From Candidatus Saccharimonadota bacterium (GTDB lineage: Bacteria > Patescibacteriota > Saccharimonadia > CAILAD01 > BJGX01), in contig JAXLZU010000001.1 in assembly GCA_046350735.1 (NCBI GenBank), forward strand, positions 76,530 through 140,529: 64,000 bases of DNA. Reading direction: 5' to 3'. Both the position numbers and the translations under genes were made by a program. This document shows, in pieces, positions 1 through 9,336 of the stretch; the first letter of the stretch is position 1; every line of letters starts with the position of its first letter. The notes under the pieces were generated by a model, which did no database searches, had not been told where the DNA came from, and saw only the letters and a program-made list of their open reading frames with translations.

Positions 1-728
1 CCTGAGTTGTTACGAAAAGTCATGTAGGCTGGATATGTCTTATTTGATTTGGAACTAGCTGACCCCATATGGTATGCATATGTATCCTTAACACAGTAAT
101 TCTTATAGCCCATAACAATAGAGCGCAACGCTACATCTACATCTTCTAAGTACATAAACATTGTTTCATCAAATAAAGATTCAAATGGTTGTGCATCAAT
201 AAACTCACGTGTATACATAGCTGCGGCAGCATTTACGCCCATTGTAGTGAATGAACTCGGAATGTTAATCAGATCATCTCTGTATGAACCCTGAGTGGCT
301 TGCCCACTTCTCGATAAGAATATATGCGTAGAATCTATTATGTTATGGTTGTAATAATCGAGAGTAATACCTTGCATTGCTGCTACACGCTTCTTGCCGT
401 CGGCGAAAGTAACTAGTTTTTGTGCCCATAATTTCTCAATTGTAGCGTCGGTGTTTAATAGAGCGATATACTCAACATTCTTATCTTTTAGTGCTTCGCG
501 AATACCAATATTATTTCCTTTAGCAAATCCATTATTTTTACCAGTTTCAATGCAAATTACATCTGGATAATTCTCTTTTACTAATTTAACAGAGTTGTCG
601 GCAGATCCATTATCAACATAATATATTTTTATATTGCTATACGTCTGCGCGAGCACAGAATTAATACATTCAGGCAATAATTTCTCGTTGTGCCACCCAA
701 CAATAATAAAAGCTACTACCTTTTTCAT
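1..728 (-). CDS. Glycosyltransferase family 2 (partial, runs off window start)
   Basis: Hand-read ORF from ATG at 728: MKKVVAFIIVGWHNEKLLPECINSVLAQTY...YVDNGSADNS...NNGFAKGNNIG...YIALLNTDA. Start overlaps the upstream gene's stop (ATGA). Absent from the ORF track. Confidence 0.85.
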   Translation of the reverse strand, partial: MKKVVAFIIVGWHNEKLLPECINSVLAQTYSNIKIYYVDNGSADNSVKLVKENYPDVICIETGKNNGFAKGNNIGIREALKDKNVEYIALLNTDATIEKLWAQKLVTFADGKKRVAAMQGITLDYYNHNIIDSTHIFLSRSGQATQGSYRDDLINIPSSFTTMGVNAAAAMYTREFIDAQPFESLFDETMFMYLEDVDVALRSIVMGYKNYCVKDTYAYHMGSASSKSNKTYPAYMTFRNNS

Positions 729-2413
729 AGTTGTTCATTCATTAAATTATACTTGTTTGTAACCGGTAACTGGCCGTGCATAGTAGTTTCAAAATCTTCT
801 TTTCCATATTGAGAAAGATTGTTACTAAAATTAGCTTTTGTTTGAATTGAATCTTTAAAATTCTTGGGCATAGTGAAGATATCACGAAATAAACAGCGTC
901 CAAGTGATGTTTTGTAAAGATTCTTAGTTTCACATATTTTGTTTAGCTCAGAAAAAAGAGCAGTAAAATTATCTGCTGAAATATTTGGTGTAAGTTTCGA
1001 CTCAAATGCTACAATTCCTTCCATAACTGTGTCAACGTTTCTGTCCCAATCTGCATCACCAAAACTAGTTTTTTGATTATACTTTAATCCTTTGAAGATA
1101 GGGTAGTTTCCTTCGGTAGTCTCTACAGAACCTTTATACATAACACTACCAAGGTAGTCGATTATTGTAGGAGTAATCAGTCCAATATGTTTTTGTGTAA
1201 GAAATGCAGCCATGGTATCAAGCCAAGAACTATTATTTGGTAAAGCCATACAATCAATTATTACTATTATCTCATTCTCTTCTTTTGCTTTCATTATGAT
1301 ATTATTAAACTTACCTAATGTAACCTCTTTTTTACTTGAGGTTAGCCCGTTATTCTTAACTCCATACCATTTCAAGTTATGTTTTGATTTTGTTTTATTC
1401 TGGATATGTCGTATAAAATTGTTGGTAAACAACTCATTTTCTAGATTTAGTATTATCCCAACCTTTTTATGGGGGATAGAGATCTTTGCTTCATAGAACC
1501 CGGGTGTTTTATTGCGTATTTTTACTTTTGCCTTAACGCCCTTGTGTAAATAGTAATCTTCTAATGACTTCGTTCCTGCAGTTGCAATGCTTTTCTTATT
1601 CTCAAAAGCAGAAGCAGTTGATCCGATCGCCTCTCTCCAATAGTACAAAACATATGGTACATGTATGATGTCGTTTGTGTATGATGATATTCGCAAAAAC
1701 ATATCATAGTCTTGAGCGCCATCTTTGGTTTTATCAAACCATCCCACCTTGTTGAAGATGTCTCTTTTCATTAATGTAAAATGGGTAATATAGTTTAGGT
1801 TACTAAGCAGGTCAGGCGAGTAGCTTGGTTTATAATGAGGCCCAAAATACTGCTCACCATCCTCGGTTAACTTACATTCGTCACTATAAAACATCTGGCC
1901 TTTTGGAAACTCATTGATTGCACCCACCATTAGCAATAGAGCATCAGGGTGCAATACATCGTCATGATCTAGAAGTGCAATAAAGTCACCTTTACTGAGT
2001 TTTATTGCTGAGTTGGTATTCTCACTAATACCTTTATTTTCAATCTTCTTTCTTTTAATCCGTTTGTCGTAGTCTTCAATTTGTTCAAAGTACTCGATTG
2101 CCTTTTTGCTATCACTCCCATCGGCCACAATAAGTTCGAAGTTCTCATAACTCTGATTGAGTACAGAGTTGAGAAGTGCATCAAAGTATTTACGCTGCGT
2201 ATTGTAGACAGGTACAACAATTGAAATTAGTGGTTTATTCTTTAGATTGATGTCCTTAGGTAGAACTCGTTGAATCTCACAACTCTTTTCTACTAAATAA
2301 TTATGCAGCGGATTATACCTCGGTGAATAAATACCAAGGGCTGAAAGGATTTTAATTAATCCTTTTCTTCGTTTACTGTTGGGAGGAAATAGTTTTTTTA
2401 AGATTGCTCTCAT
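725..2413 (-). CDS. Glycosyltransferase family 2 with a degenerate second GT2 domain
   Basis: ISIVVPVYNT, ADGSD, FIALLDHDD and GAQDYD motifs. Confidence 0.9.
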   Translation of the reverse strand: MRAILKKLFPPNSKRRKGLIKILSALGIYSPRYNPLHNYLVEKSCEIQRVLPKDINLKNKPLISIVVPVYNTQRKYFDALLNSVLNQSYENFELIVADGSDSKKAIEYFEQIEDYDKRIKRKKIENKGISENTNSAIKLSKGDFIALLDHDDVLHPDALLLMVGAINEFPKGQMFYSDECKLTEDGEQYFGPHYKPSYSPDLLSNLNYITHFTLMKRDIFNKVGWFDKTKDGAQDYDMFLRISSYTNDIIHVPYVLYYWREAIGSTASAFENKKSIATAGTKSLEDYYLHKGVKAKVKIRNKTPGFYEAKISIPHKKVGIILNLENELFTNNFIRHIQNKTKSKHNLKWYGVKNNGLTSSKKEVTLGKFNNIIMKAKEENEIIVIIDCMALPNNSSWLDTMAAFLTQKHIGLITPTIIDYLGSVMYKGSVETTEGNYPIFKGLKYNQKTSFGDADWDRNVDTVMEGIVAFESKLTPNISADNFTALFSELNKICETKNLYKTSLGRCLFRDIFTMPKNFKDSIQTKANFSNNLSQYGKEDFETTMHGQLPVTNKYNLMNEQL

Positions 2414-2466
2414 AGTTTTATTAGGGTAATATATTGTATACTCAGTATAGTATATAGTATAAAACC

Positions 2467-3282
2467 ATGATTCAGAAAAAAATAGAAAATAAGATAAGAA
2501 CCAATTATAGATATTTTGATTTAATTCGAGAGTTGGCAGTTACAGATTTTAAATTAAAATACCAAGGTTCATTGATAGGTTACGCCTGGTCACTTGTAAA
2601 GCCATTAGCGATGTTTGGTGTACTATATCTTGTATTTACTGTATTTGTTCGCATCGGTTCTGGTATACAGCACTATGCATTATATCTACTACTTGGTATT
2701 GTGCTCTGGACTTACTTTGCAGATGCAACCAACACGACTATGAAAGCTGTAGCTGACAAAGGTGATATGATGCGAAAAGTATACTTTCCGCGTATCACCA
2801 TTATTATCGCGGCAAGCATTAGTTCGGCTATTACTTTATTATTGAATCTAATTGTTGTATTTATCTTTATTATTCTCGCAAGAATTGTTCCTGGATGGAA
2901 TGCCTTACTATTCATCCCGCTCTTAATTGAGCTCTTTATTCTTTGTCTTGGAATTGCTTTCATTACGAGTGCAATGTTTGTGAAATATCGTGATGTCGGT
3001 CATATTTGGGAAGTATTATTGCAGTTATTATTCTATGCAAGCGCGATTATCTATCCGCTACAAATAGTGCCTATTAGATACCAGAAGTTTATTCTACTCA
3101 ATCCTATCACTCAGATAGTACAAGATGCTAGATATTTACTAGTGACAAAAGAGACAATTACAGCAGAATCAGTTCTTAAAATGCCCCTCCAGTTTGTCCC
3201 ATATATTATTACAATACTAATTGTAGTGATTGGATTCATATATTTTGAAAGATCTTCAAAAAACTTTGCAGAGGAAGCGTAG
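2467..3282 (+). CDS. wzm: Polysaccharide ABC exporter permease (Wzm/TagG family)
   Basis: DFKLKYQGSLIGYAWSLVKPL, KVYFPR, YRDVGHIWEV, LNPITQ; multi-TM. Confidence 0.9.
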   Translation: MIQKKIENKIRTNYRYFDLIRELAVTDFKLKYQGSLIGYAWSLVKPLAMFGVLYLVFTVFVRIGSGIQHYALYLLLGIVLWTYFADATNTTMKAVADKGDMMRKVYFPRITIIIAASISSAITLLLNLIVVFIFIILARIVPGWNALLFIPLLIELFILCLGIAFITSAMFVKYRDVGHIWEVLLQLLFYASAIIYPLQIVPIRYQKFILLNPITQIVQDARYLLVTKETITAESVLKMPLQFVPYIITILIVVIGFIYFERSSKNFAEEA

Positions 3283-3283
3283 T

Positions 3284-4435
3284 ATGAAACGAGACACGGC
3301 AATTACAATTAGTCATATTAGCAAAACCTTTAAAGTACCACATGAAAAGCACACCAGTCTAAAAACTGCGGCCGTTAACATTTTTAAAACAAGAAAATAT
3401 ACTAAGTTTAAGGTTCTAGAAGATATTGATTTTGAAATAAAAAAAGGTGAATTCTTTGGTATCGTAGGAAAGAATGGCAGTGGAAAAAGTACATTATTAA
3501 AAATACTTGCTAATATCTACCAACCGAATAAGGGGAGAATAAGAGTAAATGGTACATTAGCACCATTTATAGAGTTAGGCGTTGGCTTTAACCCTGAGCT
3601 TACCGGACGAGAGAATGTATACTTAAGCGGTACAATACTTGGGATGAAAAGAAAGAAGATTGAAGAAATTTATAATGAGATAGTAGATTTCGCAGAAATT
3701 GGTGAATTTATGGACCAAAAATTAAAAAACTACTCATCAGGCATGCAAGTAAGATTAGCATTTTCTATAGCAGTACGTGCAGAATCTGATATTCTATTAA
3801 TTGATGAAGTACTAGCTGTAGGGGATGCAGCTTTTCAAGAGAAATGTCTTAATTATTTCGAAGAACTTAAGAGATTTAACAAGACAGTAGTATTTGTCTC
3901 TCATGATATGGAAGCAGTAACGCGGTTCTGCGACAAAGTAGTATTGATAGATAATGGACAAGTTATAAGCAGCGGTAGCGCCGATTTAGTTGCAAGTAAA
4001 TACTATCAAATCAATATGAACGATTCAGAAAATAAGCACAATGCTGAAACCACATCTCACCTAAAAAAGATTGTCTTGAAAGACAATAATGGAAGAGAAG
4101 CACATATTTTTGAAAGTCCAAAAAAGATTCAAGTAACTGTTGAGTGGAAGAAGAATCCAGAAATACAGAACATTGGCATAGCTATATTTAGAAATGATGG
4201 TACTTACTGTTTTGGGACAAATACTCAAATTGACAATTTTAAGGTGAATGACTCTAAGGTTCAGTTAGAATACGAAAATCTTAATTTGGCACAAGGTACA
4301 TATTTGCTAAAAATAAGCTTTTTTAACAAAAATGACAAGTTACCAATCGAGTTTATTGATAACGCTGTTCAATTTAAGATAAAAGACGAAACGAAGCAAC
4401 AAGGTATAATAAGAGTTAAATCTAGTTGGTATTAA
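3284..4435 (+). CDS. wzt: Polysaccharide ABC exporter ATPase with C-terminal Wzt_C domain
   Basis: GKNGSGKST, YSSGMQVRLAFS, ILLIDEVLAVGD; start moved to ATG 3284 just after the wzm stop. Confidence 0.9.
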   Translation: MKRDTAITISHISKTFKVPHEKHTSLKTAAVNIFKTRKYTKFKVLEDIDFEIKKGEFFGIVGKNGSGKSTLLKILANIYQPNKGRIRVNGTLAPFIELGVGFNPELTGRENVYLSGTILGMKRKKIEEIYNEIVDFAEIGEFMDQKLKNYSSGMQVRLAFSIAVRAESDILLIDEVLAVGDAAFQEKCLNYFEELKRFNKTVVFVSHDMEAVTRFCDKVVLIDNGQVISSGSADLVASKYYQINMNDSENKHNAETTSHLKKIVLKDNNGREAHIFESPKKIQVTVEWKKNPEIQNIGIAIFRNDGTYCFGTNTQIDNFKVNDSKVQLEYENLNLAQGTYLLKISFFNKNDKLPIEFIDNAVQFKIKDETKQQGIIRVKSSWY

Positions 4436-4558
4436 TTGAATATACCAATATGACCAATACGTTTATAGTATGTTCCTCCTGTAACTATAGAGGATAATCC
4501 GATATTAATGGGTGTATAATACAAGAATTAATCAAAGTTGAGTGAAGGAGTATTGTTT

Positions 4559-5470
4559 ATGTCAAATTACTCGAATGTAGTGCTATCTGATGACCCTAAT
4601 ACCCCATGGTATCGAATATTTGCGTATATTGAGCCACAAAGCAGAGTTCTTGATGTTGGTTGTAGCGCCGGTAATTTTGGCAAGGCACTAATCGATCAGA
4701 AAAAGTGTATGGTTGATGGTATTGAAGTTAACAAACAAGATTCTATAAAAGCTAAAAAGAAACTGATGAATGTATATAATATTAATATTGAGAACACAGA
4801 TTTTAAAAACTTACCAGGTGACTATCGATATATATATTTTGGCGATGTTATTGAGCATTTAGTTGATCCAGTTTCAGTGTTGAAAAAAATTACAAAATTA
4901 TTATCCAAAGATGGTGAAATATTATTTTCTATACCAAATATGGCACATCTTTCTGTTCGATTAATGCTTTTAAGTGGCGAATTCAATTATGCTAAAACAG
5001 GATTACTCGATAATACTCACCTTCACTTTTATACGTTTAAGGAGATTGAAAGAGTATTTAATGAAGCAGGGTATGAGATTGTTTATCAAAAACCAATTAT
5101 TAAAGAGTATCCCCGTAAACTACTAGCTAAAGAATTAAAGAAAGTCGGTCTTAAAGGTGAAGAAACTTTCTTTAAAAGAGCATTGAATTCTGATGCTGTG
5201 GTTTGGCAGTATGTAGGAGCTGCAAGAAGATCAAACACACCCAAAGAAGCAGCTGTTCTACCGGCCATTAGCCCTGGATTAGAATTTGAAGAATTATATG
5301 CAACAACAGCTCAAGAATGCAGAGATATTATTTTAGAAAATAAGCAATTACAAGAACAATACCAAACTGCACTCAAAGTGATTAGACAAAAAAATAAAGA
5401 ACTACACACGTCTAAAAATCTCCCTTATTTTGTTATGAAAAAAATAAAAAACAGACTAAAGAGCACTTAG
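4559..5470 (+). CDS. Class I SAM-dependent methyltransferase with C-terminal coiled coil (glycan modification or chain termination)
   Basis: VLDVGCSAG, GDVIEHL, GLLDNTHLHFYT; SD GAAGGAG before ATG 4559. Confidence 0.85.
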   Translation: MSNYSNVVLSDDPNTPWYRIFAYIEPQSRVLDVGCSAGNFGKALIDQKKCMVDGIEVNKQDSIKAKKKLMNVYNINIENTDFKNLPGDYRYIYFGDVIEHLVDPVSVLKKITKLLSKDGEILFSIPNMAHLSVRLMLLSGEFNYAKTGLLDNTHLHFYTFKEIERVFNEAGYEIVYQKPIIKEYPRKLLAKELKKVGLKGEETFFKRALNSDAVVWQYVGAARRSNTPKEAAVLPAISPGLEFEELYATTAQECRDIILENKQLQEQYQTALKVIRQKNKELHTSKNLPYFVMKKIKNRLKST

Positions 5471-5471
5471 T

Positions 5472-7433
5472 ATGGTTTCTGATAAAAATTCTGTCTCACA
5501 TCAAAATATCTTAGAAGTTAATAACGAGTTCTTTAATGAGGATGAAAGCAAAGAAATATATGTACGAAATAAAAATGATCCTCGATTAATTTCATTCTAC
5601 TTGCCACAATTTTACCCTATCCCCGAGAATGACAAGAGTTGGGGTAAAGGGTTTACGGAATGGACAAATGTTAGAAAAGCTGAGCCACGCTTCGTAGGCC
5701 ATCAACAACCATTTTTACCTCTGAACGATGACTATTACGATCTGAGAGATCCGAATGTTTTAGAACAACAAATACGATTAGCCAAACAATATGGTATCTT
5801 TGGTTTTTGCTTTTACCACTATTGGTTCAGTGGAAAAAGACTACTAGATGTGCCTCTAGATATCTTTTTACAAAATAAGCAATGGGACTTTGGTTTTATG
5901 ATTTGTTGGGCAAATGAGAATTGGACAAAACGCTGGGATGGCAGAGAAGAAGAAATAATTATCGCCCAAAAATATAGAGATAATGACCCCTTAGAATTCA
6001 TCAAGTCTGTTGAACATATAATAATTGATCCGCGCTATATAAGAAACAATAACAAGCCTGTGCTAATGGTTTATAGAGCACCTGACCTGAGGGATCCACT
6101 TGCTTACTCAAATATCTGGAGAAAATATTTGCGCGATAAATACTCAATTGAGATTGAACTTGTAACCACAATAGGTTTTGATTTGGTCGATCCACGATCG
6201 TATGGCTTTGATAAGGCCTTGGATTTTGAACCACTAACGTATGGTTTAAAAAAGTCTGGTAATGACGGTTCCCAGGTAATATCACGAAAGGTTTCAAGAA
6301 AACTAATTGATAAAGAATTTACTGGTAATGTTGAGGATTATAGGAATATAGCATTGGACGATAAACAGTATGAAGTATTTAATTTCCCAAACTACAAGGC
6401 TATTATGCCGTCGTGGGATAATGATGCCAGAAGAAAAGGAAAGGGATTTACTATGCACAATTCAACTCCTGATGTTTACGCACATTGGCTAAAAAATACA
6501 ATAAAAATAGAAACTAGTAATAATAAACAAGAACCTCTGATATTTATTAACGCCTGGAATGAATGGGGTGAAGGGGCGGTCCTAGAGCCCACAAAACATT
6601 TTGGATATGCTAACTTGTTAAGAACAGCTGAAATACTGTCGCAGTATAATAAGTCAAAGAGGAATCTAGATAATTTCCCTCTCTATAGAATTCGAAGAGG
6701 GGGAGATAGTAAGTTGGCTGTGGTAATTCACCTGGAAGGTGGACTCAACTGGGATGTTTTAAACGAGAAGCTTGGTTATTTAAAGAATATAAAACATGAT
6801 CTATTTTTTTATATATCTAAAGACTTAGATATTAGTGAATCTTATATTCAACAACTCTACCCAAATTCAAACATTTATTACTTTAGCCCTAATGAATATA
6901 TTATGATGCGCCTTATGCATGTAGGTAGACGATTACTAGAATGTGGATATGATAATCTCCTCAATATTGCATCGTCACAAAGCATCAATTTGGATAAGGG
7001 CATTGAGGATATCTTACCGAGTAAACAGCAAGCATTCAAAGCTTATAAGACACTACAGAATCATTCAAACAGCGCTATAGGGGTTACGGAGCATTCATCG
7101 CCACTTACTAATACTGTCGTTAAAGACAATCCAAAGATTAAAGAGGTTTTGTCGAATATATACAACCCAACTCTTGCGGACATTATTTTAGAAGAGACAT
7201 TTGGTTTCGGAAAGTACAAAAATTATTCTTTTTGGGTTAATCTGCCTACAATCAGCCAACTATTAAATTTTTATTTTCTACCTTATGATTTTCTTAACCC
7301 CACCGAAGGAACTCCTGATGCACTTAATGATGCGTTATGGAATGTTTTTTGGATGCTACCAAAGCTTAGAGGAGGATCTATATACAGCATCGGTAAGGGC
7401 GACATTATGACAGAAAAGTTTGAAGTAATGTAA
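5472..7433 (+). CDS. WbsX/GH99-like glycan-processing domain plus a divergent rhamnan-synthesis-F-like C-terminal region
   Basis: FYLPQFYPIPEND.WGKGFTEWTNV, CWANENW, FINAWNEWGEGAVLEP; C-terminal assignment is tentative. Confidence 0.8.
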   Translation: MVSDKNSVSHQNILEVNNEFFNEDESKEIYVRNKNDPRLISFYLPQFYPIPENDKSWGKGFTEWTNVRKAEPRFVGHQQPFLPLNDDYYDLRDPNVLEQQIRLAKQYGIFGFCFYHYWFSGKRLLDVPLDIFLQNKQWDFGFMICWANENWTKRWDGREEEIIIAQKYRDNDPLEFIKSVEHIIIDPRYIRNNNKPVLMVYRAPDLRDPLAYSNIWRKYLRDKYSIEIELVTTIGFDLVDPRSYGFDKALDFEPLTYGLKKSGNDGSQVISRKVSRKLIDKEFTGNVEDYRNIALDDKQYEVFNFPNYKAIMPSWDNDARRKGKGFTMHNSTPDVYAHWLKNTIKIETSNNKQEPLIFINAWNEWGEGAVLEPTKHFGYANLLRTAEILSQYNKSKRNLDNFPLYRIRRGGDSKLAVVIHLEGGLNWDVLNEKLGYLKNIKHDLFFYISKDLDISESYIQQLYPNSNIYYFSPNEYIMMRLMHVGRRLLECGYDNLLNIASSQSINLDKGIEDILPSKQQAFKAYKTLQNHSNSAIGVTEHSSPLTNTVVKDNPKIKEVLSNIYNPTLADIILEETFGFGKYKNYSFWVNLPTISQLLNFYFLPYDFLNPTEGTPDALNDALWNVFWMLPKLRGGSIYSIGKGDIMTEKFEVM

Positions 7434-7528
7434 TTAACAAAAACAATCCAATTTACTGTGTACATAATGAAGCAGTTATATAAAAGCCAACGTAATAATA
7501 ACCTCTTATAAATGATATAATAACAGGT

Positions 7529-8500
7529 ATGAAACAACCAACTGTAAGCGTGGTAGTACCAAATTGGAATGGCAAAGACATATTAGGTAAATGCCTAGAC
7601 TCGCTACAAACACAAAGCTACAGGCCAGCTGAGATTATTGTTGTAGAGAATGGTAGTATTGATGGCTCGGCCGAGTATATTGCCAAACACTATCCAGAAG
7701 TTGCGCTGATTGTAGAACCGGAAAATCTCGGGTTTGCAGGCGGAGTAAATGTTGGTATAAAAGCAGCCAAATCTGATTATATTTGGCTGTTTAATAACGA
7801 CGCGGTGGCGCAAAAAGATTGTTTGGCCAAACTAGTGGCTACAGCAGTAAAGAGCAACGCAGATATTACCTCTGCAGTTATTCTTAGCCAAGACGGTAAA
7901 AAGATAGATTCCGATGGAGATGTCTATACTATCTATGGGTTTCCTTACCCCAGACACCGTAACTTGGCAGCTAGCGAACTACCAAAGCAAGATGAACCTA
8001 TCTTTGCTGCTAGCGGCGGTGCTAGCCTGTATAAAGCATCGCTATTTACAGACATTGGCTACTTCGAAGAATCGTTCTTTGCGTATTACGAAGATGTAGA
8101 CTTAAGTATGCGTGCACAGTTGCAGAAAAAATCTCTTTGGCTTAGCCATAATGCCATTGTGTTACATGCCACCAGCCATACCAGTAATAAAATTCCCGGG
8201 TTCGGCAGAGAGATGGCAATTAGAAATAGTATATATATCTTTTGGCGTGATCTACCAAAAGGTGTACAGGGCAAAGTTTTTTGGCGATTCTTATGTGCCA
8301 ATTGGCGGCTTAGTTTGGTTTCGATACTCAAGGGACATCCATACAGAGTTTTACGGGCGCACTTTACTGCGTTGTTCCATACTCCACAATTACTAAAGGC
8401 AAGAAAAGAAATTCAGTCTAGCAAAAAAATGAGTGCCGAACAATTTCTCGGCCTTATTAGTAGAGAGAACCCGTTTAAAGTATTAAAGAGTCGCCAGTAA
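7529..8500 (+). CDS. Glycosyltransferase family 2
   Basis: VVVPNWNG, ENGSIDGS, NLGFAGG, LFNNDA, FFAYYEDVDL. Confidence 0.9.
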   Translation: MKQPTVSVVVPNWNGKDILGKCLDSLQTQSYRPAEIIVVENGSIDGSAEYIAKHYPEVALIVEPENLGFAGGVNVGIKAAKSDYIWLFNNDAVAQKDCLAKLVATAVKSNADITSAVILSQDGKKIDSDGDVYTIYGFPYPRHRNLAASELPKQDEPIFAASGGASLYKASLFTDIGYFEESFFAYYEDVDLSMRAQLQKKSLWLSHNAIVLHATSHTSNKIPGFGREMAIRNSIYIFWRDLPKGVQGKVFWRFLCANWRLSLVSILKGHPYRVLRAHFTALFHTPQLLKARKEIQSSKKMSAEQFLGLISRENPFKVLKSRQ

Positions 8501-9336
8501 TGTTAAGCATTATTACGATTAACTACAATACCCAAAAGTTGCTCGAGGATTGCTTAAACTCTATTAAGCGATATATAAATATTGAGAGTTATGAAGTAAT
8601 AGTGGTAGATAACGCCTCAGAAGAATTTAGTGAGGCAGCATTAAAAAAGATTATTCCAGGTATTACTATAATTCACTCTAAAGAAAATCTTGGTTTTGCA
8701 AAAGCCAATAACTTGGCTGCCAAGCAAGCAAAAGGCGAGTATTTGTGGTTTTTAAATAGTGACACCAAGCTAAATAAAGACAGCAATATTAGCGTGCTAA
8801 TACAGTTTTTAGATTCGCACAAAGAATATGGCGCTGCCGCACCACTCGTACTCGATGCAAAAAATGTACCACAACAATATCAATATGGGTATTGGCCAGC
8901 GGTCTGGCGTATGATACTCGAAAAGCCAGTGAACGCTAGAGTATCTAAGAATCCACTCCATGCCAAGTACTGGCGTTGGCTCAATGCAGACTATTTACCA
9001 TTGCAAAGTCGGGATGTCGACTGGGTAAGTGGTGCTGCTATGATGATACGCAAAAATGTGTTCAACGAGGTGGGTGGCTTTGAGGCTGAATACTTTTTGT
9101 ATTACGAAGATGTCGACTTGTGTCGCAAGTTGTGGGCCAACAAACAAAAGATTCGCTTCGTAAAAGATGCACAGATTATACATTTAGAAGGTGGCAGCGA
9201 GGGCGATATGTCTAAGAAAAAACTTATTGCTTATCATAGCCAAGACATTTACTTTAAGCGCTGGGGGAGTCCGGTTTCGCGATTTGCATTACACAAGGTT
9301 CGTCGACCGTACGCTAAGAGATGGCAGAAGAAATAA
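8500..9336 (+). CDS. Glycosyltransferase family 2 (rhamnosyltransferase-like)
   Basis: VVDNAS, NLGFAKANN, FLNSD, VDWVSGA, YFLYYEDVDLC. Confidence 0.9.
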   Translation: MLSIITINYNTQKLLEDCLNSIKRYINIESYEVIVVDNASEEFSEAALKKIIPGITIIHSKENLGFAKANNLAAKQAKGEYLWFLNSDTKLNKDSNISVLIQFLDSHKEYGAAAPLVLDAKNVPQQYQYGYWPAVWRMILEKPVNARVSKNPLHAKYWRWLNADYLPLQSRDVDWVSGAAMMIRKNVFNEVGGFEAEYFLYYEDVDLCRKLWANKQKIRFVKDAQIIHLEGGSEGDMSKKKLIAYHSQDIYFKRWGSPVSRFALHKVRRPYAKRWQKK

